Shown here: piece after piece, positions 39,406-49,353 of the stretch | Position numbering within the stretch: position 1 is the first letter of the stretch | How the letters are laid out: every line of letters begins with the position of its first letter | DNA from: Candidatus Firestonebacteria bacterium RIFOXYD2_FULL_39_29 | GTDB lineage: Bacteria; Oederibacteriota; D2-FULL-39-29 | DNA length: 64,000 nt | Direction: 5' to 3' | Assembly: GCA_001778375.1 (NCBI GenBank) | Contig: MFGV01000084.1 | Span: 858-64,857, forward strand | Notes under the pieces: generated by a model | Told to the model about the DNA's origin: nothing | The model's database searches: none | Seen by the model: only the letters and a program-made list of their open reading frames with translations | Program-made: the position numbers and the translations under genes

Positions 39406-40245
39406 TTATCTGCACTCCCGGCATTTTAATTTATAAATTTCTGCGGAATTCTTTTCTTCATCTTTGAACTGATTCAAACGTTTCATCAGACCGTCAAAAT
39501 CCACCTGATGCCCGTCAAAGGAGGGACCGTCCACACAGCCAAACAAGGTCTTACCGCCCACCGTTACCCTGCAGGCGCCGCACATTCCGGTAGCATCCAG
39601 CATGATAGGGTTTAAACTCACAATAGTCCTGACATTATAATTTTTCGTAAGCCCGGAGATCACTTTCATCATTATTACCGGACCTACCGCCACAACCAGA
39701 TCAATGGACTTATCTTTTTCCAGAAGTTCTTTAAGCACATCGGAAACAAAACCTTTTCTGCCGTAAGAACCGTCGTCTGTTGTCACATATACGGCGTCGC
39801 TTACTTTTTTTAACTCCTCTTCAAAAAATAAAAGGGACTTATTTCTTGCCCCTATTATTGTGCTTACTTTTTTCCCGTCTTCATGCAGTTCTTTCACTTC
39901 CGGATAGATCTCGGCAATTCCCACCCCGCCGGCGACACAAACAATATTTTTAGCCCCCGAAAAATCCGTAGCCTTTCCAAGAGGCCCGAGAAGGTCTTTT
40001 AAAGAGTCACCTACTTTGAAATAAGCAAGCTCCATAGTAGATTTTCCCACTACCTGAAATACGATAGTAACCGTTCCCTTGCTTTTGTCTTTATCCGCAA
40101 TAGTGAGCGGTATCCTCTCCCCGCCCTCTTTCAAGCGAAGCACAACAAACTGCCCGCTCTTTGCCGAACCCGCAATAAGCGGAGCCTCGACTTCGATAAG
40201 CTTGACGGTTTCCGATACGTCGCTGCGTTTAACGATCTTAAACAT
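39406..40245 (-). CDS. nfnA: Ferredoxin-NADP reductase-like FAD/[2Fe-2S] subunit (NfnA/SudB type)
   Basis: PyrK-like fold with C-terminal CGACRVTVGGKTLFGCVDGP. Sits immediately upstream of nfnB. Start set at MFKIVKR. Confidence 0.8.
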   Translation of the reverse strand: MFKIVKRSDVSETVKLIEVEAPLIAGSAKSGQFVVLRLKEGGERIPLTIADKDKSKGTVTIVFQVVGKSTMELAYFKVGDSLKDLLGPLGKATDFSGAKNIVCVAGGVGIAEIYPEVKELHEDGKKVSTIIGARNKSLLFFEEELKKVSDAVYVTTDDGSYGRKGFVSDVLKELLEKDKSIDLVVAVGPVIMMKVISGLTKNYNVRTIVSLNPIMLDATGMCGACRVTVGGKTLFGCVDGPSFDGHQVDFDGLMKRLNQFKDEEKNSAEIYKLKCRECR

Positions 40246-40275
40246 GCTGGCTCCTTTAAAATACCACACAAAATA

Positions 40276-40439
40276 ATTACTAAGATCTAAATTCTAAGCA
40301 CTAAACAAACTTAAAATAAAGAACAAAATTATAAATTCTAAACAAAATCATTGAGCCAATATTAAATACTTTCCTTTTTAGTGCTTGGTGCTTAATTCTT
40401 AGTTATTGTTTAGTTATTAGTGCTTTGACCTTAGTTATT
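40276..40439. repeat. TAAGCAC-heptamer family element, copy 2
   Basis: Arms ATTACTAAGATCTAAATTCTAAGCACTAAAC / TTTAGTGCTTGGTGCTTAATTCTTAGTTATTG... The core AAACAAAATCATTGA is the reverse complement of 14826-14840. Confidence 0.8.
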
Positions 40440-40479
40440 GAAGCTTGCTCATACACAGACGCTAAAATCATTGCTTATG

Positions 40480-41472
40480 TTAAAACTTCTCGAAGTAAAT
40501 TTTATGCTTTTCCGTCATATTCACAATCCCGGGGTAACCACTGGTGTGAATGAATAAAATGTTCTCATTTTTACTGATTTTACCGCATTTTATGTAATCT
40601 ATCAATCCCCCAAATGCTTTGCCGGTATAAACGGGATCCAATATGATACCTTCCGATCTACCGACTAAACCAATGGTTTCTATCACTCTTTCATCAGGAA
40701 TAGCATAACCTTCCCCCAAATACGAATCATCTATAATAATACCGTTTAATTCCGGAGTATTTTTCCCTAGCACCTTATAACCCTCGGCTATTTCTTTTTT
40801 GACATATTCCAAAGCTTTTGCTTTTTTGAACAGTACGCTCATAGCCAAAATTTCTTTCTTTGATCTGTTTTCCATCTTGCCTATCTCAAGACCGGCCTGG
40901 GTCCCTCCGGAGCCGTTGGCTACGACAATCCTGTCGAACTCCAGGTTTAACTCCTTTTCCTGCGCCAGTATTTCCGAAAAACATTCTGCGTAACCCATAG
41001 TTCCAAGCCCCGAAGCGCCGCCCACGGGAACAGGATAAGCTTTATGCCCTTTTTCAGTTAGATGTTTTGCCAGCTCTTCCATCATCTTTTGGATCTTATC
41101 AAAATCCCAGGAGTCCGCAAACCTCACATCTGCTCCAAAGATTTTATCAAGCAGGAGATTTCCTTCTAAAACGTTTTTTTTTCCGGAAAGTAAAAGCACG
41201 CACCGGAGTCCGAGTTTTGCGCACACCCCCGCAGTGATCCTCGCATGATTTGACTGCGGACCTCCGGTAGTAATAATAGTATCGCAGCCTGTTTCCAGGG
41301 CATCTGCCAGAATATACTCCAGTTTTCTTACTTTATTACCGCCAAGAGCTGCGTCCGTCAGGTCATCTCTTTTTATAAATATCTTTGGACCTTCCAGTTG
41401 TTTGCTCAGGCTCTCCAGGTGTTCTATCGGGGTAACACGGTTAAAGAGAGAGATCTTTTTTATCTTTTTCAT
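40480..41472 (-). CDS. PLP-dependent D-cysteine desulfhydrase / ACC deaminase family protein
   Basis: GGNKVRKLEYILADA motif, 330 aa. Confidence 0.85.
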   Translation of the reverse strand: MKKIKKISLFNRVTPIEHLESLSKQLEGPKIFIKRDDLTDAALGGNKVRKLEYILADALETGCDTIITTGGPQSNHARITAGVCAKLGLRCVLLLSGKKNVLEGNLLLDKIFGADVRFADSWDFDKIQKMMEELAKHLTEKGHKAYPVPVGGASGLGTMGYAECFSEILAQEKELNLEFDRIVVANGSGGTQAGLEIGKMENRSKKEILAMSVLFKKAKALEYVKKEIAEGYKVLGKNTPELNGIIIDDSYLGEGYAIPDERVIETIGLVGRSEGIILDPVYTGKAFGGLIDYIKCGKISKNENILFIHTSGYPGIVNMTEKHKIYFEKF

Positions 41473-42350
41473 TTTAAATACTCCCCAAAAAATGCCAAAA
41501 CTTCCTTTGAATACCCGGCTTGATCGGCGCTTAAGGATTCAACATGATCCGCGCCTTTGACAAGTACCAGTTTTTTTGGCCCTCCTGCTGCTTCAAATAT
41601 TTTTCTGGAATTATCCGGAGAAATATTCCCGTCCTCCAACCCGTGAATGAGGAGTAAAGGTGTTTTCATTTTTGCCGCGCTTTCGACGGGATTTACGGTT
41701 TCATATTTAAACCCGCTTCTTAGTTCTGAAATATATACGGTAACCGGAACCATAGGAAAGTACGGAAGATGATAAAGCCTCCTCGCATAACTTTTTATCA
41801 TATCAGGCAGGCAGGCAAAAGAAGAATCGGCAACTACCGCTTTAATTTCCGGAGATAACTCCGCGGTACGGATCGAAACAGCGGCGCCCATAGAACGGCC
41901 GATAACTCCTATATGCTTTGCTCCTTTTGCTTTTGCAAAATCAACCGCAGCAATCAGGTCTTTTGTTTCGTTATAGCCAAGCGAAGTGTATTTTTCTTTG
42001 CTTTCGCCGTGACCGCGAAAATCAAAAGCTAAAAGCGAATAACCTTTTTTGTATAAGAACGGCATATAATTAAGCATATCACTCTTGTCGGCGCCAAGCC
42101 CGTGGCAGAGGATAATGCATTTTTCTTTTGTCTTGCCGGTAGTCCACCAGCCGTACACTAAAACATTGTCTTTTGTCGTAAAAGTTATTTTTTCGAAAGG
42201 AATTTTGAAAACTGCGGGGATTCCGGAATATTTAGGACGGTACGCATGCAGAAGAACTCCGGAGAAGATCCACACAAATACAAGAAAAAGGATTGCCCCG
42301 TAAAGAACAACCCTTATTGCTATTCTTTTTATAAAAACAGCCGTTTTCAT
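41469..42350 (-). CDS. Alpha/beta hydrolase with N-terminal membrane anchor
   Basis: HGLGADK and nucleophile elbow GRSMGAA, 293 aa, 4-nt overlap with the downstream gene. Confidence 0.8.
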   Translation of the reverse strand: MKTAVFIKRIAIRVVLYGAILFLVFVWIFSGVLLHAYRPKYSGIPAVFKIPFEKITFTTKDNVLVYGWWTTGKTKEKCIILCHGLGADKSDMLNYMPFLYKKGYSLLAFDFRGHGESKEKYTSLGYNETKDLIAAVDFAKAKGAKHIGVIGRSMGAAVSIRTAELSPEIKAVVADSSFACLPDMIKSYARRLYHLPYFPMVPVTVYISELRSGFKYETVNPVESAAKMKTPLLLIHGLEDGNISPDNSRKIFEAAGGPKKLVLVKGADHVESLSADQAGYSKEVLAFFGEYLK

Positions 42351-42369
42351 TATTACCTTTCGTTCTTCA

Positions 42370-44424
42370 CTATTTTCCGCTGGCTTTGTATTTTCTTAGA
42401 GCCTCGTAAGCATCAGAAGTGCCTATCTTCTGGAGCGCATCTGAAGCATAAGACCTGACAACAGAATCATCATCTTTTAACGCTTCGTTAAGATACGGTA
42501 CAGCATCGTTTCCAAATTTTATAATAGAATCCCTGGAATGAACTGCTATTTTATTATTTTTATCTTTAAGAGTTTGAGCCAAAAAAGGCGCTGCGGACTT
42601 TGCGCCGGAACCTATCAGGCCCAAAGCATCCACCGATGCAAGTCTTACGTTATCATCTGTATCACGAAGAGCTTCAGTGAGCGCCATTATGGATTCCTTG
42701 TATTCTATGCCGATATTTCCTAAAGCAATCGCGGCGGCAGCTCTGACTTCTGCATCTTCATTTTTGATAACAGCTATTAACGCAAGGGCGGCTTCTTTCA
42801 TCATGGGAGAACCTTTTTCAATACCTATTTTTCCCAGAACGTAAGCAACTTTAGTTTTAACTTTATTATTACTTTCTTTTAATGTTTCTATTAACGGCTG
42901 AATGGCTTTCTGTCCTATTTTAATAAGCGAGTTTTGAACAGCGGTACTGATATGAAGATTTTCATCATCAATAAACAGAATCAGTGATTTTGAAGCCGGT
43001 TTTGAAAGCATTCCGATTTTTTCAATAGTATTTTTTGCAGCAAATTGCACACCCAGCTCGTTGTCGGCAAGCAGTTTTACCAATTCAGGCATTGCTTTTG
43101 CCGAACGCATTCCAAGATCACCCAGGGATTCTACGGCAGCTATCCGTACAATTTTTTCTTTATCCTTAAGCAGAGCTGTTAATTCCAAAACGTAGTCTTT
43201 TTGAGCAGAAGAAAAAAGAAAACCGGCAACTTTGGCGGCTGACTCTCTTATATATTTATTTTCACTGTTTAAAAATCCTCCGATAGCGTCTCCGGAATCC
43301 TTGCTCAAATAGGCTACTTTAATATATGATTTAACAGCAGCATCCCTAACCAGTACAATATTATCTCCAAAAGCATTTATCAGACACTCTGAAATATCTT
43401 TATAATTTACACGCATTTTCCCGAGGCAATTAAGCGCTGTTATCTTTCTTTCTAAATCAGAAGACGCGGCCAGAGTTATAATATTTTTTAATATCCCTTC
43501 AGATGAGGAATTTATTTTACACAAGCTTTCTGCAGCCGCAATTACCAGCCTGTTATTATTTCCTTTTAAGGCATTTGAAAGTTCTACTATTGTTTCCGAA
43601 GCAGGAATTCCTATATTCCCAAATATTACAGTAAGACATTCTTTCATAAAATCATCATCGGTTCTGTATTTTTCAAGCATGATCTCAACAGCCTCTCGAG
43701 AAGCTGTTCCTATTTCTACCAGAGCATTTTCGGCACCATTTTTTACTACTATATTGGAAAATTTAAGATTATTCAAAAGCGCTTCTAAAACACGCTTATC
43801 TGCTATTTTCTTCTTTCCTGCGATAAAAGCTGCGCCAAAACAGGAACTGCCGTTTTCGCTCTTTAATGCTTTTAGCAGATCTTCTATATCAATAATCCCT
43901 GTTTTTATTATCGCGTCTCTTGCTGCACCGGAAACGTACTTGTCATCTTCGCCCATGGAGATAAAGAGCCTCCTGGTCACTTCGAGCAATGATGGTCTGA
44001 TCTCACCAAGAGCATACGCCGCATGAGCACGTTGAAACTTATCCGGACTATCCAGTGTTTTTAAAAGAGGAAGAAGGGCCTTACTTCCAAATTTTGCCAC
44101 ATACTCTTCTGCCATAATTCTAATTTCCTGGTTTTTGTCGGCTAAAATGGAAATAAATACCGGAATCCCGGCTTCAGGGCCAAGCTTAAGTAAAGCTTCT
44201 GCAGCGCGGCTTCGAACCGACGAATTAGAGTTGTTCAAGTATTCTTTCAGGTCATTCGCAGTCTGAGCTTTCCCCTTATCATCAAGATATTTTATCTCTT
44301 CAAGCGCCGAAAGCCTTGCATTTTCATCGTCTCCCGCCGCAAGCCTGTAGCTTAAAGAGGCACAGCCGCTTAGAATAACAGATACAAATACAATTCCCAC
44401 TATCGCAATAAATTTATTTTTCAT
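42370..44424 (-). CDS. HEAT-repeat lipoprotein
   Basis: Lipobox ILSGCAS, then about 15 repeats of ..VR..AA.ALG.IG.. type (PBS-lyase HEAT-like). 684 aa. Confidence 0.75.
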   Translation of the reverse strand: MKNKFIAIVGIVFVSVILSGCASLSYRLAAGDDENARLSALEEIKYLDDKGKAQTANDLKEYLNNSNSSVRSRAAEALLKLGPEAGIPVFISILADKNQEIRIMAEEYVAKFGSKALLPLLKTLDSPDKFQRAHAAYALGEIRPSLLEVTRRLFISMGEDDKYVSGAARDAIIKTGIIDIEDLLKALKSENGSSCFGAAFIAGKKKIADKRVLEALLNNLKFSNIVVKNGAENALVEIGTASREAVEIMLEKYRTDDDFMKECLTVIFGNIGIPASETIVELSNALKGNNNRLVIAAAESLCKINSSSEGILKNIITLAASSDLERKITALNCLGKMRVNYKDISECLINAFGDNIVLVRDAAVKSYIKVAYLSKDSGDAIGGFLNSENKYIRESAAKVAGFLFSSAQKDYVLELTALLKDKEKIVRIAAVESLGDLGMRSAKAMPELVKLLADNELGVQFAAKNTIEKIGMLSKPASKSLILFIDDENLHISTAVQNSLIKIGQKAIQPLIETLKESNNKVKTKVAYVLGKIGIEKGSPMMKEAALALIAVIKNEDAEVRAAAAIALGNIGIEYKESIMALTEALRDTDDNVRLASVDALGLIGSGAKSAAPFLAQTLKDKNNKIAVHSRDSIIKFGNDAVPYLNEALKDDDSVVRSYASDALQKIGTSDAYEALRKYKASGK

Positions 44425-44482
44425 TTATTTTCTTTCCTCCAATAAATATTTCCGCTCCTATTTCTCAAACTTCAAACCGGAC

Positions 44483-45229
44483 TTATTCCAAAATTACCAT
44501 TAAGGCCATTATCCCTACACCCAGAGCTATAAAGAATATCTGGAGTAAAGATCTTATGGGCCTTTCATCATGATGTAACTCCGGAATAAGGTCTGAACCT
44601 GCCATATAAATAAATCCTCCGGCGGTTACAGGGATTAATGCCATTCTAAAATTACCCAAAAAATCTCCAACCAGGAAGAATAGGACAGCTCCAATTATCG
44701 AGGTCAGCGCGGAAAGGAAATTAAAAAAGAGTGCCTTTTTAACAGAGAGTCCCCCGTGTATCAGAACTCCAAAATCCCCTATTTCCTGAGGAATCTCATG
44801 AAGTATAACAGCAATGGTGGTGGCAATTCCAAGATGAATAGATACTGAATAACTGGCAGCAATAACAAGACCGTCTATAAAATTATGAACTGCATCCCCG
44901 AACAAGTTCATATATACAACCGGCTTTAAATGTTCATCACAATGTCCGTCATGACAATGGCGCCACCTGATGAACTTTTCAAGAACAAAGAAGATAAAAA
45001 TCCCGAGAATTACCATTAAAGCCGTAGGCAATCCCTTCCCAAAAGTTTCATACGCCTCAGGCATAAGATGAATTATAGCATCCCCAAAAAGCGCACCCAC
45101 AGCAAAGCTGACAAGATAAAGTATTATTTTTTGAAGAATATCCCGATTAAGAGCAAGAGTGAAAATCCCCACAAGGGAGATAAGACTGACTATTGTCACA
45201 CTTATTAAAGCATATCCCCAGGTTTGCAT
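44483..45229 (-). CDS. ZIP-family divalent metal transporter
   Basis: HEIPQEIGDFGVL motif, His-rich loop (HCHDGHCDEH), 248 aa. Confidence 0.85.
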   Translation of the reverse strand: MQTWGYALISVTIVSLISLVGIFTLALNRDILQKIILYLVSFAVGALFGDAIIHLMPEAYETFGKGLPTALMVILGIFIFFVLEKFIRWRHCHDGHCDEHLKPVVYMNLFGDAVHNFIDGLVIAASYSVSIHLGIATTIAVILHEIPQEIGDFGVLIHGGLSVKKALFFNFLSALTSIIGAVLFFLVGDFLGNFRMALIPVTAGGFIYMAGSDLIPELHHDERPIRSLLQIFFIALGVGIMALMVILE

Positions 45230-45252
45230 ATTTCCTCAAGTAAGTTCGTTTA

Positions 45253-45417
45253 AAAATAGAAAATCGAGAGTTGACCGAATCGATTTTTCTATTTATTTTC
45301 AAATCTCGACTATCAATTCTCGACCAATTTTACAGCTTATTTCTTCAAAAACTAAAAGCCTTTTGAAAATAGAAAATCGAGAATAGAACGCAATCGAGTA
45401 ACTTTTATCGATTGCTC
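45253..45417. repeat. TCGAGAA-word spacer with a 17-nt exact direct repeat
   Basis: AAAATAGAAAATCGAGA occurs at 45253-45269 and 45366-45382. Between them are inverted ..TCTCGAC.. words, plus hairpin GCAATCGA-N10-TCGATTGC. Confidence 0.75.
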
Positions 45418-45443
45418 TACCATTTTTAAGAGTAGCTTAAAAA

Positions 45444-45519
45444 TGGTGGAGCTGAGGGGGATCGGACCCCTGACCTCCTCGCTGCCAGCGAGGCGCTCTC
45501 CCAGCTGAGCTACAGCCCC
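45444..45519 (-). tRNA. tRNA-Ala (anticodon GGC), CCA encoded
   Basis: The minus strand reads GGGGCTGTAGCTCAGCTGGGAGAGCGCCTCGCTGGCAGCGAGGAGGTCAGGGGTCCGATCCCCCTCAGCTCCACCA. It folds as a cloverleaf with a G3:U70 pair and anticodon loop CTGGCAG. Confidence 0.95.
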
Positions 45520-45730
45520 ATTTAAAACAAATTCTAAGTACTAAATTCGTCCGCTTAAAGCGAGATCTCGTCCGCAGCAATAGTTTGCTGCGAGACCTCG
45601 TTTTTGGGCGGGCCAAAGGCGGAAAATTCTAAACAAGAGCTTTTTCCTGTTCAGGATGCTTATTTTAGCATTAAAACACTGGTAATTCAAACCAATAATA
45701 AGGAAGTGAAACTCCACGCCCTTACGAGGC

Positions 45731-45841
45731 TGTGCCAAAAGGTAGTTGCCTGATTTTAATCAGGCGCAATTGGCAGGCTCGATGAATCGAGCAACTACAA
45801 TATGTTGTGGTATCTGTAAAATATTTCAGACTTTTGGCACA
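45731..45841 (+). repeat. GTAGTTGC three-stem element, copy 2, enclosed by an 11-bp long-range inverted repeat
   Basis: TGTGCCAAAAG GTAGTTGC [CCTGATTTTAATCAGG] .. [CTCGATGAATCGAG] CAACTAC AATAT.. CTTTTGGCACA. Confidence 0.75.
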
Positions 45842-45953
45842 ACCTCTTGCGTCCGAGGTTTCGGCGAGTGGAATTCAATTTTATCCCGCTTCATGATATA
45901 TTTCCTATCGGGAAAAGCTTTGCTTATTATACATGCCGCCTTTTTGCGGATGT

Positions 45954-47807
45954 TTAGAATCCTTTATCTTTATATTCCACCTGAATATTTTCATACCTGG
46001 AAATATCCTTCCAGTTAATTGTAACCCGTTTTATCCATTTAGAATTTTTGGTAATATTGATTATCGCTTTAAAATCTTCAAGCAGAGGGGACTCCATTTC
46101 TATATTAAATATCCCTGTTTTATCATCATAAGAACACCTTAACACCCTGTACCAGCTGTTTGTCTTTATCGAATTTAAAATAGGATTTCCCGGCCAGCTG
46201 GAAAGCTGTATTTCTATTTTGTATTGTAAACTGCCTTCCGGAATATAGACTATCCGGGAACAGACCGACTGCCCGTTTACCAATATTTTATCTATAAATT
46301 TCCCTTCATGGGAATAAATAATATCCAAGAGATTGCCTTTATATTTAAAGTTATATATATATCTGAGCTTATACATATCAAGCGGCTGTATATAAAGATT
46401 CCCCCTTGTAAAGTCAATACCGCAGCTCTTAAAATACATATCCATAAAGGAAAAAACCTCGGAAACAGGCCGGTCATCATCATATTGCGTAAAGGGTAAC
46501 TGCTTTTCATACAAAGCAGGAACACTTCCTTTAATATCATACTTTACGAGATTATCCAGAATAAAATATATTTCCGGGTATTTTAATTCGGGGAAAAGGA
46601 GCAGCCGCTTTGCTTCTTTTTCTATTATATTTTTATCTTCCCCTTGAAGAATAAGAGCCAGTACCTTTTGTTCGTCTTTTATATCCTCAGGTACTTTTAC
46701 CGGAGTATAGACCGCTTTTTTTCCGATTATCGCTCCGGCCCATTCAAGTGTTCTTTGATTATAAAGTTCGAGCGCTTCATTTTCCATCTTCCGGTAATTT
46801 TCCCCGTTTGCCACGGCAACTTCAAGATATCCGGGATCTCCGGTATACTCATAAGCTTTCCAATAAACCCAGGGCGCAAGTTTTTTCTCCAATATTGTAT
46901 TTAATTTTTCTTCAAAGACGAACCTCAGGGCAAAATTAGAAATATCTTCGCGGCGGTATCCGTTTAAAAGAAGATATGTCGCCTGATACATTTTTCTCGT
47001 TGAAATATCAGTGGAATAAACTCTCACAATATTGGACAGAAGTTTGTTATAAAAAACCTCTTTCTCGCTTCCCATTTCCACTACATTTTTTCCGGCTGCA
47101 GTAAAAGATAAAATTGAAGCGGCCCGGGCATCATTTCCAAAACCCACACCGACTGCAAAGGTCACCGCAGACTCCGCCGGAATGCTTAGTTTTGCAATAA
47201 TCCTGTATCTGCCGTTCTCCTGAAAAACAAAAACATCCTCTACCGTGGTTTTATCAAAAAACAATCCCATTGCGCTTACGCCGGTTTTAAATTGATTTGT
47301 AACGGTAATTGCTTTTCTTGTAATGTAATCTTCCTGCAGCACCGAAGTTCCCCTGGAATAAAAGACCAGCTCCTGTATCCAGGGCTGCTTTCCCGAATTT
47401 GAAAGAACAACGGAAGATACAGAAGATTCCTGATTTATAAAAGCTGTTACCATCTTTACTTTTTTATCCTCTTTGTAATTATTTTCGCTCAATATTTCAT
47501 TAGGCCGCCAAACTATTTTTTTAAACGGATTTATCTCCTCAAAGCCTTCGGTCCTGAACCGGATAGAACATAGAGGATCCAAATCTGTTTCATTATGAAG
47601 TATGGCAAGAGGAGAGTAACCAAACACCGGACTGTAACCTTTTATGTGAAACTTAGAATCTGGAAGACCCATAGGATAGGAGACATACGGAAGTTCTTTA
47701 TAAGAAAGCCACCAATGATAAGTAACAAGATTACGGTCGCTCTCCGCGGCCGCCAGAGGGAGCAGTAAACTTCCGATTAAAATCAGTATTAACAGACTAC
47801 GACGCAT
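45954..47807 (-). CDS. Secreted protein of unknown function (617 aa), last gene of the alr-lpxA-lpxI operon
   Basis: Signal peptide MRRSLLILILIGSLLLPLAAAES. Long uninterrupted ORF overlapping the lpxI 3' end by 19 nt. No motif I can name. Confidence 0.6.
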   Translation of the reverse strand: MRRSLLILILIGSLLLPLAAAESDRNLVTYHWWLSYKELPYVSYPMGLPDSKFHIKGYSPVFGYSPLAILHNETDLDPLCSIRFRTEGFEEINPFKKIVWRPNEILSENNYKEDKKVKMVTAFINQESSVSSVVLSNSGKQPWIQELVFYSRGTSVLQEDYITRKAITVTNQFKTGVSAMGLFFDKTTVEDVFVFQENGRYRIIAKLSIPAESAVTFAVGVGFGNDARAASILSFTAAGKNVVEMGSEKEVFYNKLLSNIVRVYSTDISTRKMYQATYLLLNGYRREDISNFALRFVFEEKLNTILEKKLAPWVYWKAYEYTGDPGYLEVAVANGENYRKMENEALELYNQRTLEWAGAIIGKKAVYTPVKVPEDIKDEQKVLALILQGEDKNIIEKEAKRLLLFPELKYPEIYFILDNLVKYDIKGSVPALYEKQLPFTQYDDDRPVSEVFSFMDMYFKSCGIDFTRGNLYIQPLDMYKLRYIYNFKYKGNLLDIIYSHEGKFIDKILVNGQSVCSRIVYIPEGSLQYKIEIQLSSWPGNPILNSIKTNSWYRVLRCSYDDKTGIFNIEMESPLLEDFKAIINITKNSKWIKRVTINWKDISRYENIQVEYKDKGF

Positions 47808-48583
47808 ATTTTATTTTTATCCGCTTCTTTTTTAATTTTATTTTTATCTATCAAAAACACCTTCCCCGACTGAAGAGCAAGGCATTTAATATTTGCTTTT
47901 GCAAGCTGTTTTATTGTTTCAACTCCGGCTCCGGGAATATCAATCCGCATATCCTGCACCGTTCTTGCTACTTTTACGCATACCGCGCCATCTCCGGCAA
48001 GATGACCTCCGCGTTTTATGGTCTCATCCGTCCCCTCTGCACCTTCTACGGTAATAACTTTTTTGTCTTTAACAATAACTGTCTGTCCGATATCAGCGTC
48101 GGCCAGCTTTTTTGCCTCTTTAAAACCGTATTTTATATCTTCAATCTCCTGCCTGCATGGCTTTCTTTTTGTCAAAACACCTTTTTTTGCCAGCAGGGGT
48201 TTCAAATACACCGTCATAGGAAGAATTTTTATGCCTTCCTTTTCAAATTCCTTTATTACAGCTTGTATCAAGGTAGAATCTTTTTTATTTCGCAGGGACA
48301 TAAACAGCTTAAAAAGCCTCATATCCGGTTTAAGTGCAGAAAATAGCCTGACTTTTCTTACTTTTCCCACAATAAAAACTTTTCTAATACCTAGCTTTTT
48401 AAAGGTGTTTATCGCTTTTCCAAAATCTCCGATATCGTACCAGTATATTTCCTTTGAATGTTTCCAAAGTGATTTGTCTGCTTCATTTTTTATAGCAACA
48501 GTAATTATTTTTTTTCCGTCTTTTTTTGCATTCCTGCAAAAATATACAGGTAGGAGCCCTCCGCCTGCGACCAGACCTAGCAT
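47789..48583 (-). CDS. lpxI: UDP-2,3-diacylglucosamine pyrophosphatase LpxI (DUF1009)
   Basis: MLGLVAGGGLLP N-terminus and the GQTVIV..EGAEGTDETIKRG..VKVARTVQDMRIDIPGAGVETI block typical of LpxI. Confidence 0.8.
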   Translation of the reverse strand: MLGLVAGGGLLPVYFCRNAKKDGKKIITVAIKNEADKSLWKHSKEIYWYDIGDFGKAINTFKKLGIRKVFIVGKVRKVRLFSALKPDMRLFKLFMSLRNKKDSTLIQAVIKEFEKEGIKILPMTVYLKPLLAKKGVLTKRKPCRQEIEDIKYGFKEAKKLADADIGQTVIVKDKKVITVEGAEGTDETIKRGGHLAGDGAVCVKVARTVQDMRIDIPGAGVETIKQLAKANIKCLALQSGKVFLIDKNKIKKEADKNKICVVVC

Positions 48584-49353
48584 TTATAGATGCCCCTTTT
48601 AGATTTTTCCACGAAAGAGACAAAATGCGAGACGTAAGGGTCGGAGATCAGATCTTCTTTTAATCTGGTTACAGCCTGGGACGTATTTAGTCCGGATTTA
48701 AACACCAGTTTGAACATTTTTTTAAGCGCTTCTTTTGATTTTTCCGGCACGTTGTTTCTTTCCAGCCCCACTTTATTCAAGCCAAATACCGTAAAAGGGT
48801 TACCGGTGCCGAGCACAAAAGGCGGGACATCTTTTTCAATGGGAGAGCATAAGCCGATCATGGACATGGAACCTGCTTTACAAAACTGATGCAAGACACA
48901 ATAAGCCGAAACAAAAGCCATATCTTCAACTTCCACAAAACCTGCAAGTCCCGCTCCGTTTACCAGAGTAACTTTATTTCCGATTTTTACATTATGCCCG
49001 ACATGCGAGAGCGCGAAGAAAAAGCAATCATTTTCTACAACGGTCTTTGCCCCTTCCCCGGTCGCGGAATTTATGGTAACCGACTCGCGGATAATATTAT
49101 TATCCCCTATCTCGACAAAGGAAATTTCATTTTTATAATTTCTGTCCTGCCCCGGGTTACCTATTACCGCAAAACTGAATATTTCATTATTTTTTCCGAG
49201 GGTAGTATGGCCGTTTATAATTACATTCGGATGGAGTTTGGTTTTATCTCCGAGCGTAACATTTTCCCCGATCACGCAATAAGGACCTATAGTTACATCC
49301 TTTCCTATTTTAGCTTTTTTATGAACTATCGCAGTTTCATGAATATTTGTCAT
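48577..49353 (-). CDS. lpxA: Acyl-ACP--UDP-N-acetylglucosamine O-acyltransferase
   Basis: Hexapeptide-repeat left-handed beta-helix (IHETAIVHKKAKIGKDVTIGPYCVIGENV..) plus the LpxA C-terminal helical domain. 258 aa. Confidence 0.9.
   Translation of the reverse strand: MTNIHETAIVHKKAKIGKDVTIGPYCVIGENVTLGDKTKLHPNVIINGHTTLGKNNEIFSFAVIGNPGQDRNYKNEISFVEIGDNNIIRESVTINSATGEGAKTVVENDCFFFALSHVGHNVKIGNKVTLVNGAGLAGFVEVEDMAFVSAYCVLHQFCKAGSMSMIGLCSPIEKDVPPFVLGTGNPFTVFGLNKVGLERNNVPEKSKEALKKMFKLVFKSGLNTSQAVTRLKEDLISDPYVSHFVSFVEKSKRGIYKC

Noticed and set aside
45835-45850. Second sigma-54-like motif TGGCACAACCTCTTGC, and TGGCAC at 13912
   Set aside because: GG-to-GC spacing is 13 instead of 12. It is on the plus strand pointing into the 3' end of a convergent minus-strand gene. 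It is part of the conserved CTTTTGGCACA tail of the GTAGTTGC repeat. The 13912 copy has no TTGC element.
45541-46142. Small ORFs in the tRNA-ORF617 spacer (45541-45738, 45746-46018, 45933-46142)
   Set aside because: They run through repeat elements and hairpins or overlap the 3' end of ORF617. Composition and translations look non-coding.
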